Below, piece after piece: positions 8,101-17,694 of a stretch of DNA of 64,000 bases. The position numbers and the translations under genes are program-made. The DNA lies in NCBI GenBank assembly GCA_963710755.1, contig CAVQBK010000013.1, positions 256,001 through 320,000 of the forward strand, written 5' to 3'. Numbering within the stretch: position 1 is the stretch's first letter; each line of letters opens with the position of its first letter. The notes below the pieces were generated by a model. The model searched no databases and was not told where the DNA came from. It worked only from the letters and a program-made list of their open reading frames with translations. The stretch is from an uncultured bacterium. GTDB taxonomy: Bacteria; Oederibacteriota; JAAXVQ01; JAUVAV01.

Positions 8101-10665
8101 CGACTTAATCTGAATGGTCAAAGTCCTTTCCTCAAGGTGGAGGCCCGTCTCCTGGTCAACGCCAAGGAATGGCGCTGGTTCAGCATCCGTGGACGGGTGG
8201 TGGCCCGCAGTGAATTCGGCGAACCTTTACGTATGACCGGAACCCAAATAGACATGACTGAGAAAAAACTGGTGGAAAATAATCTGATCCTCGCCAAGGA
8301 GGAAGTGGAAGCCGCCAATACTGAACTGGAAGAAGCCATTGCACATGCCGAGAAGTTGGCCAAAGAAGCCGAAGCCGCCAACGTCGCTAAAAGTGAGTTC
8401 TTGGCCAATATCAGTCATGAAATCCGCACCCCTATGAACGGCATTGTAGGATTCACGGAAATGTTACTTGAGAGCAAGCTCACCATTGATCAACGGCACT
8501 TCCTGGAAAGCATCCTTAGCAGTGCTGATGCCTTGATGCATCTCATTAATGATATTCTGGACTTGTCCAAAATCGAATCGGGACAGGTGGACCTGGAGGA
8601 GATCCCCTTCAATCTGGAGAGTTTAATCTACGACTGCCTGGATTTGATCCAAGCCAAGGCCGGTGATAAATCCCTTGAATTCCAGTGCGATCTTGATGAT
8701 TTTCCCAAACAGTTTGTCGGCGACCCTACCCGGCTGCGGCAAATCCTGACCAACCTATTGGACAATGCTGTTAAATTCACCCATCAGGGCGAGATTGGAC
8801 TTTCGGCCCGGGCGGTTAAAACCACGGACGATCAAGTACTGCTACAGTTTGTGGTTCATGACACAGGTATCGGCATCCCGGAAAACAAGTTGGAAAGCAT
8901 TTTCGATCCCTTTACCCAGGTAGACGGCTCCATCAACCGGCTCTATGGGGGCACGGGCCTGGGGTTGACCATATGTCAAAAACTGATCCACTTGATGCAG
9001 GGTCAACTTAAAGTGGACACAGTCCTGAACCAGGGGACGGATTTTACTTTCACCTTGTGGCTAAAACGGCAACTGAGCAGGAAACCCGATGCAGCTGGCG
9101 GCGATAATGTGCAAGCCTTGGGCAATCTCAAACTCCTGGTGATCGAGGATAACCCCACCACCCTGCGCATCTTGACAAAACATCTGACCCAGATGGGCCT
9201 GCAGTTTGATTGTGCCCAGAGCCACCAAGAAGCAGCCCGCTTTTTAAGCGAGTCCAATGCCTATGATGTCATTCTGACCGATATCAACTTCCTTGATTTG
9301 ATCCCAGCTTCCAAGGAGCGGGCGCATACCGCTGGCAACCCATGCTATTTTGCTTTATTGAATAATTTTGAACGCCATAAAATCAGAGAGCGGGAACATC
9401 ATTTAAGCGGCCTGCTCATTAAGCCAGTGCGGCCCAACGTATTGCTGACTCAACTGCAAAAGCTGGCCTCTGGCGCACCCGCCCCGCTCCCCTCCGAATC
9501 CAAATCCCTTACCTTGGCCGCAACGGGCAAAGGACTTTCCATTTTGCTGGCAGAGGATAATGAAGCCAATCAAAAAATCACTACTTTGATGTTGCAACGA
9601 CTGGGGCATCAAACCGATATCGCCTCCAATGGCCAGCAGGCGCTTCATATGGCCGGATCCAAACAATATGACTTGATTTTCATGGACATGCAAATGCCGG
9701 ATATGGATGGGTTAAGGGCCACTCAGGAGCTTCGCCGCCAGGGTTGCCTGACTCCGATTATTGCCTTGACCGCCAATGCCATGGAGCAAGATCGCCAGCG
9801 CTGCCTGGACGCCGGCATGAATGATTACCTGAGCAAACCCATCAAACAAAAACATCTGATCCAAATGATTCAGCACCATACCACCTACAAGGAATCCCCC
9901 ATGCTGGCGGAGAATATCAGGATTTTATTTATCGAGGATGATGAGTACTTTGTAAAAATGTTCAATGATCAACTTAAGCGGTATCTGCCCAATGCCTCTC
10001 TCAATATGACCGCCAATTTTGTGCAGGCTTGCGTCTGGCTGGGCAGCTATCAACCGGATCTGGTGATTATTGACATGATGACAAAACAGGCAGAAGTTCA
10101 GGACCTACTGGATTTCATCAGATCCGATGCCCATTACCAACGCATTAAAATCGTACTGCTCTATTCGCCGGAAAACAATCAGGCAGGAGAGCTGGCACAT
10201 TTTCAGGAAGGCTATCACGTGTTGCTCATTTCCAAGGCCATTAATATTAAACGCTTTATTTTCATGATCCGGCAGCTGGCCGAAGACAACTTCATTTTAC
10301 CTTCCGATATGCTTCCGGGGCAAACGTCTTTGATTGAGGCCATCAGCAGCGAACTGGGCATTGCGCCCAATGATTATCAGCAGGTGCTGGACATCTTTAC
10401 GGAAAAAACGGAACGTAAGGTGCAGTTAATTCAAGAGGCGCTGGATCATCAGGATCATCAATCTATTGCCAACCATGCCCATTCCATTAAAGGCAGTGCC
10501 TTATCTTTGAGATTATTCGCCATTGCCACCCCCGCTAAAAAAATAGAACGCCTGGCCAAAGCTCACCACCTGGACCTCATTCCCGGGGAATTGCAGACTT
10601 TGCAAAAGATGCACGAAAGTCTGAAAGCCATGATCGAAAAAGATTCGCCCCTCAAGGATGAATAA
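5167..10665 (+). CDS. Hybrid sensor histidine kinase (multiple PAS/PAC, GAF, HisKA-HATPase, 3 REC, HPt)
   Basis: Repeated GLWDW...HPDD PAS units, H-box FLANISHEIRTPMNG, N/G boxes (DTGIGI, GGTGLGL), REC DMQMPDMDG, HPt HAHSIKGSA. No TM seen. Start could also be 5101. Confidence 0.95.
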   Translation: MPTPCFNAVFEPYLAPSVGPAFLVDRHGSLVKWNHALTQLLGYDHDLPSALTFQELCPQDVTWWMGQQDHPAVVTQIILSLTTKTQACINKSFTVVSLQAEETVLSLFYGQDPSGGLNDNQFKRLLHSLNIGFALHEMIYDHQGTPVDYLYLEANPMFCTLTGLSDPVGKTVKLLLPNLEQEWLNKFDTCLKNNEAIHYENYVADLDRWFEATAYKVADRQFAVTFSDSTLHKQNEELTFVQREVALAFDSTITVQEYLNHVLASLTQLPHLQLGGIYMVDDHHNLSLMVNTGISQAWFRAVAHYDPDSPQAQLVNNGKALYFSRQDLVDSSPFPLEKDKIKSMAMIPVMAGQDPIACLVLSSRTLNSFPQYRRAILEIMAKDMGHVIGRLLASVNMQRSEAERQIMMEAAGLALIEWNIMDNKITFSPSWLSLLGWSEEELDNEYRTFIALVHPQDINRLNKNMDDHLRGRKARFECECRFKTKQGYYKWLLYRAKVTQRDADDRPLRLTGTQMDISDIKRAQEVVKTSEERMNLALKGGDLGLWDWNINTGYSFFSDRVYLMVELDPNTEVLTMAQWMTFIHPDDLNNFNITLQEHLLGHLPYFNNEFRLQTKTGHTRWILAQGKIVDYTAEGKPCRLAGTFLDISEIKARDSKIMELNHRFLKLFQNNPIAMLLSKFDENIVIDANDNFFQTFHLSRPQSIGKSWEQLGLFASEDQQALVRDLKKQGFLHNYEIKAHTHHGQTLHGLLSADLITSNNEECILVSFVDYTDRKLADMALKLERDKFQTFLDVVNVIIVALDKNGCIQFINRRGLELLGYKSEELVGKDWFDCCVPEENRTLVRTVFMQIIGGASAFIDQFENEIITKTGEHRIIAWKNTILKNHVSLPYASLSSGEDITERKRAEEALRLSEERKELAIWGGNIGLWDWDIISNEIFVNEQWQNMVNYHSDEGVLNYDVIKNLFHSEDWPIMEEQIRLNLNGQSPFLKVEARLLVNAKEWRWFSIRGRVVARSEFGEPLRMTGTQIDMTEKKLVENNLILAKEEVEAANTELEEAIAHAEKLAKEAEAANVAKSEFLANISHEIRTPMNGIVGFTEMLLESKLTIDQRHFLESILSSADALMHLINDILDLSKIESGQVDLEEIPFNLESLIYDCLDLIQAKAGDKSLEFQCDLDDFPKQFVGDPTRLRQILTNLLDNAVKFTHQGEIGLSARAVKTTDDQVLLQFVVHDTGIGIPENKLESIFDPFTQVDGSINRLYGGTGLGLTICQKLIHLMQGQLKVDTVLNQGTDFTFTLWLKRQLSRKPDAAGGDNVQALGNLKLLVIEDNPTTLRILTKHLTQMGLQFDCAQSHQEAARFLSESNAYDVILTDINFLDLIPASKERAHTAGNPCYFALLNNFERHKIREREHHLSGLLIKPVRPNVLLTQLQKLASGAPAPLPSESKSLTLAATGKGLSILLAEDNEANQKITTLMLQRLGHQTDIASNGQQALHMAGSKQYDLIFMDMQMPDMDGLRATQELRRQGCLTPIIALTANAMEQDRQRCLDAGMNDYLSKPIKQKHLIQMIQHHTTYKESPMLAENIRILFIEDDEYFVKMFNDQLKRYLPNASLNMTANFVQACVWLGSYQPDLVIIDMMTKQAEVQDLLDFIRSDAHYQRIKIVLLYSPENNQAGELAHFQEGYHVLLISKAINIKRFIFMIRQLAEDNFILPSDMLPGQTSLIEAISSELGIAPNDYQQVLDIFTEKTERKVQLIQEALDHQDHQSIANHAHSIKGSALSLRLFAIATPAKKIERLAKAHHLDLIPGELQTLQKMHESLKAMIEKDSPLKDE

Positions 10666-10981
10666 ATCGAACGCTCACCTTCTCCAAACTAATCATGCCC
10701 TCCTTAATCATAGGCTGGACTTCCGTCAAAAAGGCCTCGATGGTCTCGAGTTGATCGACTATTTCGATGACCAGGGGCAGGTCCTCCGATAACCTGAGCA
10801 CCTTGGCGGTATGCAGATGTTTATGATGACCATATCCTAATATCCCTTTTAACACCGTCACGCCTTTTATCCCGCGGGCTCTCGCCAAATCCACAATTTT
10901 CTCCACTAAAGGATGATGCTCAGCTTTATCTTCCTCCCCGATAAAAATTCTGCATAACGATGCTTCCTGTTCCTCAAGCAT
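10652..10981 (-). CDS. DUF190 family PII-like protein
   Basis: RIFIGE...G.TV.KGILGYG...LRLSEDLP.VIEIVD; usual position after crcB. Confidence 0.88.
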   Translation of the reverse strand: MLEEQEASLCRIFIGEEDKAEHHPLVEKIVDLARARGIKGVTVLKGILGYGHHKHLHTAKVLRLSEDLPLVIEIVDQLETIEAFLTEVQPMIKEGMISLEKVSVRFIHP

Positions 10982-11131
10982 AGTGCCCCCTTTTCCTCTT
11001 CCATGGGATGATTAATTTATCCTGGGCCAGCCTCAGGATATCCGATACGGGGGGTAATAAACAACGGCATTCCCCCTTCACTTCCAGAGCGAACGGGCGC
11101 CGGGCACAGCCCGCAGGTATTCGGGAAGGTA

Positions 11132-11503
11132 TTAAATCCACTTACCAATGGCCAGTCCCAGGAAGAGAGCTAAAAGCCCCATGGTGTTTTGCAAACCCAG
11201 ATTGCCCAAGGCCAGCCAGAACTCTCCTTCCCGCAGAAGCTGGCCGGTCTCGAACATAAACGTCGAGAAGGTCGTAAAAGCCCCCATAAACCCGGTTAAA
11301 ATCATCATGCGCACTTCCGGCGTCACCTGTATCCGCTGCTCGGCCGCCGACCATATCAATCCGAATAATAAGGAGCCCAGAAGATTAACCGCTACCGTAC
11401 CCCAGGGAAAAAGTCCGCCACTCCAGCGCTGGACCAGCCCCGCCAACCCGTACCGGCTCAATGTGCCCAAGGCGCCACCAAAGGCTATCCAAATCCAAGT
11501 CAT
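11132..11503 (-). CDS. crcB: Fluoride channel CrcB/Fluc
   Basis: GGALG..SRY, FPWGT..VNLLGS and TGFMGAFTTFSTF; four TM segments. Confidence 0.96.
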   Translation of the reverse strand: MTWIWIAFGGALGTLSRYGLAGLVQRWSGGLFPWGTVAVNLLGSLLFGLIWSAAEQRIQVTPEVRMMILTGFMGAFTTFSTFMFETGQLLREGEFWLALGNLGLQNTMGLLALFLGLAIGKWI

Positions 11504-11682
11504 AAGTTTGCGCTCCCTTGTTATAATGATATTTTCTGATTATGGCGATCTCCAGCCCAGCCGTCAACCTCAAAGCCGCTGCGTATTTGCCGTTGCCAAT
11601 AATATCCAAAGCAGGGTACCCTGGAGGACGTAAGCAACCCCTGGTTCGAGCTACGGGGAGTGATAAAAGGAGTCCCAACAGC

Positions 11683-12420
11683 ATGCCGGAAGATAAAATA
11701 CGACTCTCCAAGTTAATGTCCGAAAAAAAGATATGCTCCCGCCGGGAAGCGGATGGCTTTATTGAAAAAGGGTGGGTTCTGGTGGATGGCGAACAGGTGA
11801 CCGTTCTGGGCACCAAAGTTTTTCCTCACCAACGTATTGAATTGTCCACTGCCGCCCAAGTGCTGCTGGCACGGCAGGCCACTATTATTCTGAACAAACC
11901 AGTAGGTTATGTTTCGGGCCAGGCGGAAAAAGGGTATCTGCCGGCCGTAACTTTAATCACCCCTGATCGCCAGTTAACTGCTGACCGGCGTAAAAGACCC
12001 TTTTCGCCTCAATGCTTGAAAGGCTTGGCCCCGGCCGGTCGCTTGGATATTGATTCCTATGGTCTGTTGGTCTTAACCCAGGAGGGTCGGCTGGCCAAGG
12101 AATTGATCGGCGAACACAGCCAGATTGAAAAAGAATATCAGGTCACGGTAGAGGGTTTTGTCAACGCGGAAAAATTAAACCGGTTGCGTTTTGGGCTGAC
12201 GCTGGACGGCAGACCTTTAAAAAAGGCTGCGGTCACGGTCCGCAAGCCTGGACAACTCACTTTTATCTTAAAGGAAGGAAAGAAACGGCAAATACGCCGA
12301 ATGTGCGAGGCTTTGGATTTAAAGGTCGTCCAGTTAAAACGGGTCAGAATTGGCAGGATTAAACTGGGGTCTTTGCCCCTGGGACAATGGCGCTACCTGG
12401 GACCTCAGGAAAGGTTTTAG
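11683..12420 (+). CDS. rRNA pseudouridine synthase, RsuA/RluF family, with S4 domain
   Basis: RLSKLMS...CSRREAD, LNKPVGY, GRLD catalytic motif, EGKKRQIRRM. Confidence 0.92.
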   Translation: MPEDKIRLSKLMSEKKICSRREADGFIEKGWVLVDGEQVTVLGTKVFPHQRIELSTAAQVLLARQATIILNKPVGYVSGQAEKGYLPAVTLITPDRQLTADRRKRPFSPQCLKGLAPAGRLDIDSYGLLVLTQEGRLAKELIGEHSQIEKEYQVTVEGFVNAEKLNRLRFGLTLDGRPLKKAAVTVRKPGQLTFILKEGKKRQIRRMCEALDLKVVQLKRVRIGRIKLGSLPLGQWRYLGPQERF

Positions 12421-12422
12421 CT

Positions 12423-13460
12423 TTATTTAATCACCATGGTGACCGGTGCGCTCATGGCCGTCTCTTTGCCTTCTCTGTCCAGCGCAGATACGGCAAAGGA
12501 CCAAATGCCCGGCGGCAATTGATCCACAAAAATAAAATTTTCTTTTTGAGCCCGCGCGGACTGACGTACCGGCCTTTGACTGTTAGGCCCGCGGCGATAA
12601 ACATAATAACGCCGCCATAACACGTCATCCACCCAATAAATGAACAGCTTCGATCCCACGGTTTTATAGCGCGGCTTTGAGGGCGGCTCACTAGATCGGG
12701 TCAACAGCTTACTAAGCTGATTATAGCCCAAAGACAGGTTGTTCAAATCCAGGTCACGAGCTTCCAGATCTTTCTCCAGCTTGATTACTCTTTGCTTTAA
12801 TTGTGTTTGCGCTTGGCCGGAAGTTGTTTGTAAGCGCTCCAATTCCGCGCGAAACCCGTTGAATTGATGGTAGATCAGAAAGGTGACCATTGCCCCAATA
12901 GCCGCGCCTGCCAACAGGCCTGAAACCCATCCGGCTCGACCGGGCCGCCTCACGGCAGCCAACAGCGCCGCGACTCCCCTTTTGACCATGCCCAACCAGG
13001 TCTTCGTCCGGTCCATTTTTTGGAACCACCAGCTTAAGACTGCCACCGCCTTAGCTTCCGACCTGGTCCGCTCCGGTGCTGGCACAAGGGGCTCTTGCTC
13101 GATTGGCACTGCCGACGGCCCTTCAAGGGAAGCAAGCGTATCAGGCAAATGGTCATCTTCCTGGGGGGCTGGTGCGGGCAGCATAGCATTGGCACCAACA
13201 GCGGTCTCGGATTCTGGAAAGCCGACCATCTCCTGGTCCTGGTTGGACTTGGTCGTTTGGTCTGCAAAAAAAAGGTTAATTTGATTGGTTTTGATAGCTT
13301 CCATCAGGTTCCGGACCTGCTCCAACTTCTGGAGATTGGAGAGAAGCAACGAACCACCGCACCAGGGTTCGGGGTTGTCCAAGTCCAAAGCATCTTTGGA
13401 GAGAAAGGCCGCAGGCCCAAAAACATTGGGGGGTAGCTTTTTACCTGATGATTCTGTCAT
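12423..13460 (-). CDS. Hypothetical bitopic membrane protein (low-complexity N-terminus, TM, coiled coil, FN3-like C-terminus)
   Basis: TM WVSGLLAGAAIGAMVTFLIY, heptad region, and W...Y.VYR...F.D..L.PG..FAVSA.D..G.E..S pattern typical of FN3. Confidence 0.65.
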   Translation of the reverse strand: MTESSGKKLPPNVFGPAAFLSKDALDLDNPEPWCGGSLLLSNLQKLEQVRNLMEAIKTNQINLFFADQTTKSNQDQEMVGFPESETAVGANAMLPAPAPQEDDHLPDTLASLEGPSAVPIEQEPLVPAPERTRSEAKAVAVLSWWFQKMDRTKTWLGMVKRGVAALLAAVRRPGRAGWVSGLLAGAAIGAMVTFLIYHQFNGFRAELERLQTTSGQAQTQLKQRVIKLEKDLEARDLDLNNLSLGYNQLSKLLTRSSEPPSKPRYKTVGSKLFIYWVDDVLWRRYYVYRRGPNSQRPVRQSARAQKENFIFVDQLPPGIWSFAVSALDREGKETAMSAPVTMVIK

Positions 13461-13738
13461 GCTCAACCCTCTAATAATTCGTCCAGCGTAGGCAAGACAC
13501 TTGCCAGCCAAAATTCAGGGATTTATCCCGGTGACGTTGAAGTTTCACTTTTTTATTATCAATACGCGCTTTAAGCCTCAGGCCTGCCTGGTTTGGCACC
13601 GATACTTCAGGAAGCGGGGCTGGCCGGGGCACACCTCTCTTTGTTTGACAAGAGTGCCCGTACAATATTATAACTATAGCATCTTTTAAAAAGATTTCCA
13701 GTACTTGCCCCTATCTGAGATAAAGTGAGGCTTAAGGC

Positions 13739-15475
13739 ATGCCTGCAGAAAATTTTGGCACGGACCAGCAACCTCATCTACCCAACCAAAGGATGCAAAG
13801 CCTTCTTTTTCAATGGTCCATGGAAACCTGTCCTATTGGGGTCATCATCGTTACCCACGAGGGCCAGGTAACCTACGCCAACCCTAAATTTTCCAGTTTG
13901 TGCGGCCAATCCCGCGAAAGATTGTATGCCGCCTCCTTGACCCAATTAGCTGAAGATGAAAATGCTTCACCTTCTCATCTTCAGCTCTGGCAGGCCTTGA
14001 TGGAGCCGAAAGACCAAATCCTAGAACTGGACCTCACTAATAAAAAAGGACAGAACCAATGGCACCGGGCCACCATTTTTGATTCTTTTCAGGATGAAAC
14101 CCAAATTAACTATACCATTGCTTATTTGGAAGATATCACGGAAAAGAAAGAAAACGAGCAGACCATTGAACATCTGGCCTTGTACGATCAACTTACCGAT
14201 CTGCCCAACCGGGCCATGTTTAACAGCAGGCTCAAGCTGGCATTGAAACAGGCGGAACGGACCGGAGAAAAAGTAGCGGTTATTTTGGTTGACCTGGACC
14301 GCTTTAAAACCATCAATGACACCTTGGGTCATAACATTGGCGATGATTTTATCAAGATGGTGGGCCATCGCCTGTTCAACTGCCTCTCTGAAAACGATGT
14401 AGTGGCGCGCATGGGCGGGGATGAATTTATGATCATGTTGCCCGCACTCCACGATTTTAAAAACATCTTCAAAATCATCCAAAAGCTGATGGATGCATTT
14501 ATCGATCCCTTTCAATATGAAAACCAGCAGTTACATATAAAAGCCAGTATGGGGATCTCTATTTATCCCGATGATGGCGACGATGCCTTGGCCTTAATCA
14601 AGAATGCCGACAGCGCTCTCTACGAGGCCAAGTACTCCGGCCGGAACCATTATAAATTTTATACGGCCAAACTCAATGCCACGGCTTTTGAGCAGTTAAC
14701 CATGGAGACCGCCTTGCGTCAGGCTCTTTATGGCAATCAGTTCATGGTTTATTATCAACCCCAGCTGGATATTGCCACCGGCAAAATCATCGGCATGGAA
14801 GCGTTGGTGCGCTGGAAACATCCGGAAATGGGCATCATCCCCCCTATCCAATTCATTCCCTTGGCCGAAGAAACAGGGCTGATTGTACCCTTGGGCAGCT
14901 GGGTTTTGAAGACCGCTTGCATGCAGACGGTAACCTGGAAAAAAATGGGTTTCGATCATTTGCGCCTGGCCGTTAATCTCTCAGCCCGTCAGTTCCAGGA
15001 GCCGGAGCTGGTCGAGACGATCCTCAACATTTGTACGGATGTGGGCATGCCTCCCCAATCTTTGGAGCTTGAGATCACGGAAAGTATTTTAATGAAGGAT
15101 ATCACCATTGCCATCATGATTTTAAAATGGCTTAATAAAAAAGGAATTCGCATTGCCATCGACGATTTCGGCACCGGCTATTCGTCCCTTTCCTATTTGA
15201 AAAAATTCCCCCTTAACCATCTTAAAATCGACCGTTCCTTTATTCGCGACTGCATCAACAACAAGGACGACGCGGCCATCATCAGTTGCATCGTCTCCAT
15301 CGCCAACAACCTGCATCTTAAAATTATTGCCGAAGGCGTGGAAACCAAAGAACAGTTGGCGTTTGTGCGCTCCATTGGTTGTCATCAGTTCCAAGGCTAT
15401 TATTTTTCTCCGCCCGTGCCCGCCGAAGAATTTACGGCCATGCTTCAAAACGGCAAGTCCATTCCCTCCGACTAG
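13739..15475 (+). CDS. PAS-GGDEF-EAL diguanylate cyclase/phosphodiesterase
   Basis: DQLTDLPNR, DLDRFK, intact GGDEF, EALVRW, DDFGTGYSSL, AEGVE. Confidence 0.96.
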   Translation: MPAENFGTDQQPHLPNQRMQSLLFQWSMETCPIGVIIVTHEGQVTYANPKFSSLCGQSRERLYAASLTQLAEDENASPSHLQLWQALMEPKDQILELDLTNKKGQNQWHRATIFDSFQDETQINYTIAYLEDITEKKENEQTIEHLALYDQLTDLPNRAMFNSRLKLALKQAERTGEKVAVILVDLDRFKTINDTLGHNIGDDFIKMVGHRLFNCLSENDVVARMGGDEFMIMLPALHDFKNIFKIIQKLMDAFIDPFQYENQQLHIKASMGISIYPDDGDDALALIKNADSALYEAKYSGRNHYKFYTAKLNATAFEQLTMETALRQALYGNQFMVYYQPQLDIATGKIIGMEALVRWKHPEMGIIPPIQFIPLAEETGLIVPLGSWVLKTACMQTVTWKKMGFDHLRLAVNLSARQFQEPELVETILNICTDVGMPPQSLELEITESILMKDITIAIMILKWLNKKGIRIAIDDFGTGYSSLSYLKKFPLNHLKIDRSFIRDCINNKDDAAIISCIVSIANNLHLKIIAEGVETKEQLAFVRSIGCHQFQGYYFSPPVPAEEFTAMLQNGKSIPSD

Positions 15476-15480
15476 CGTCC

Positions 15481-16416
15481 TCAGGTCGGAGCCAAGCCCA
15501 AGGCTCGAATAAGTGACCACGCCTGCTCCATGTGTGCGCGCTCGATCCAATGAATTTTGTATCCCTGCCGTTCCATGCGTCTAAACCAAGCCAGTTGCCG
15601 TTTGGCAAATTGATTAATAGCTGTGGTCAAAGCCGCTGTCATGTCCGCCCTGGTCGCATAACCATGTTGTAAATAAGCTGCCACATAACGGTATTCCAAT
15701 CCCAGGCTGTGCAGCCTTTCCCAGGAAACCCCCTGGGTGTGCAACGATTCCACTTCCTCAATCAGGCCCTGCTCTATTCTATCCTGCAAGCGCTGCTGAA
15801 TTCGTTGGCGCAGGAGATCTCGCGGCCAGGATGTGCCCAGCAACAGCGGCCGGATCAAAGGGGCAGGCTGTGGACTTTGTTTTTTTTCAGCTATGGCAAT
15901 CTCGATAGCCCGCACCAGACGATGACGTTCTTTGAGATCCGTTTGATTATGCTGGTGCGGTTTCAATTTTAGAAGCCGGCGCCGCAGAGCCTGGTCGTCC
16001 CACCCTTCCATTTCCTGACGCAGCTCAGAATTGGGGGAGACCGCCACCAGCCTGGTCGGCTGGAGAGCAGCCTGCAAATATAAGCCCGTGCCGCCCGTCA
16101 GTATAGGCCAGGTGTTGGTTTGCTGCAGTTGCTCAAAGCGCTCGAAAAACATGTGCTGGAAATGAAACACGCTATATTCCTGCTTAAGATCGGCCTCATC
16201 AATGAGATGAACAGGAACGCGCTCCTGACCAACACCGTATTCCTCCAAATCCTTGCCGCTGCCCAGGGTCAATCCCCGGTAGACCTGCCTGGAATCAGCG
16301 GAGATAATCTCGCCATGCATACGCCGGGCCAATTGTACGGCCAATCTGGTTTTGCCCGAAGCTGTTGGGCCCAGGATTACCATCAAATTGTAAGCTTGGT
16401 CAAGATGATTGCTCAT
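15481..16416 (-). CDS. miaA: tRNA dimethylallyltransferase
   Basis: GPTASGKT, DSRQVY, GGTGLY, AKRQ.WFR. Confidence 0.95.
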   Translation of the reverse strand: MSNHLDQAYNLMVILGPTASGKTRLAVQLARRMHGEIISADSRQVYRGLTLGSGKDLEEYGVGQERVPVHLIDEADLKQEYSVFHFQHMFFERFEQLQQTNTWPILTGGTGLYLQAALQPTRLVAVSPNSELRQEMEGWDDQALRRRLLKLKPHQHNQTDLKERHRLVRAIEIAIAEKKQSPQPAPLIRPLLLGTSWPRDLLRQRIQQRLQDRIEQGLIEEVESLHTQGVSWERLHSLGLEYRYVAAYLQHGYATRADMTAALTTAINQFAKRQLAWFRRMERQGYKIHWIERAHMEQAWSLIRALGLAPT

Positions 16417-16642
16417 GATGTCCTTCTGTGTGACATGTTACCAACAACGAGTTAAACCCGCGCCTCGCATTGTACAAGAGCTCCGGGAAAAATAACAAGC
16501 GCTTGTTCCCATGGGCCTGCTGTTTATGATAAGATGGCAGCCGTTCGCTTCCGATCCTACCCGCCTGCCAGCCGGGAGGAGTAACCGGCTGGTGAATATT
16601 TTCACCACCTTGTGGGTATTCTATAAAGGAGTTTCTCCCTAT

Positions 16643-17680
16643 ATGCAACCACCCAAACTGCGCATCCATGTGGCCTCTGAAACCGCTTACCTCATGAAAG
16701 GTCAAGGCGTGCATACAGCCTTCGTGGACGCCGTTAATTTACTCAAAAGTCAGGATGACGTTGAGGTGATTATAAACCAGGAAGGTTGGGGGGATGTTCT
16801 CCACTGCCACACCTATGGACCCTATTTTTTCTGGAAGGGCCGCAAGTATAAGGGTCGTCGTATTTTCACGGTCCATGTGATTCCTGATTCCGTCAAAGGT
16901 TCCCTTCCCGCCTGGCGGCTGATCATGCCCTTGGTGCGCTGGTATTTAAAACGTGTCTACAGCTATGCCGATGTTTGCATTGCCATCTCGCCCATGGTGG
17001 AGGAAGCTATCCGGGCTTTGAAGGCTAAAACCAGGATTGTACGCATTTATAATCCCATTCCCATGGAAAAATATCAGCCCACCCCGGAAAAACGGGCTGC
17101 CGGACGGGCACTTTTAGGGTTGAAAGAAGATGATTTTGTCGTGTTGGGCGTAGGTCAACTACAGGCCCGCAAAGGAGTGGAGGATTTTATTGACATTGCC
17201 GAAGCCGTTCCCCAAGCCCGGTTTGTGTGGGCCGGCGGCCGGCCCTTTGGCCTAATGACAGAAGGTATTCATAAACTCAACAGCCGCATTGCCAAAGCCG
17301 GCAGACATATCACCTTTCCCGGATTGTTCGAGCTGGAGCAAATGCCCATGATCTATAATGCCGCCGACATGCTGCTGTTCCCCAGCTATCAGGAAAATTG
17401 CCCCCTCGTACCGGTCGAAGCCGCCGCCAGCGGCCTGCCGGTTGTATACCGTGATCTTCGTGAATACCGTGTGCTCTATGAGCAGCCGTACCTGAAAGCC
17501 CAGGACAATGAAGCTTTTATTGCACTAACCAAAAAGTTAATGAACGACAAAACTTATTTCGCGGAAGCGCAAGAGCTATCGCGGCGTTTGATCGGCCAAT
17601 TTGACCAACAGGCGGTGCGCAAGAAATTGATAGCCCTTTACCGGGAATTGGCAGCACCTTCGGAAATTAAAGTTCATTAA
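16643..17680 (+). CDS. GT4 glycosyltransferase, resembling CpoA/LafB-type glycolipid synthases
   Basis: GQGVHTAF, HVIPDS..GS, RKGVEDF, FPSYQE....EAAASG. Confidence 0.85.
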   Translation: MQPPKLRIHVASETAYLMKGQGVHTAFVDAVNLLKSQDDVEVIINQEGWGDVLHCHTYGPYFFWKGRKYKGRRIFTVHVIPDSVKGSLPAWRLIMPLVRWYLKRVYSYADVCIAISPMVEEAIRALKAKTRIVRIYNPIPMEKYQPTPEKRAAGRALLGLKEDDFVVLGVGQLQARKGVEDFIDIAEAVPQARFVWAGGRPFGLMTEGIHKLNSRIAKAGRHITFPGLFELEQMPMIYNAADMLLFPSYQENCPLVPVEAAASGLPVVYRDLREYRVLYEQPYLKAQDNEAFIALTKKLMNDKTYFAEAQELSRRLIGQFDQQAVRKKLIALYRELAAPSEIKVH

Positions 17681-17694
17681 TCCCCCTAAATACC

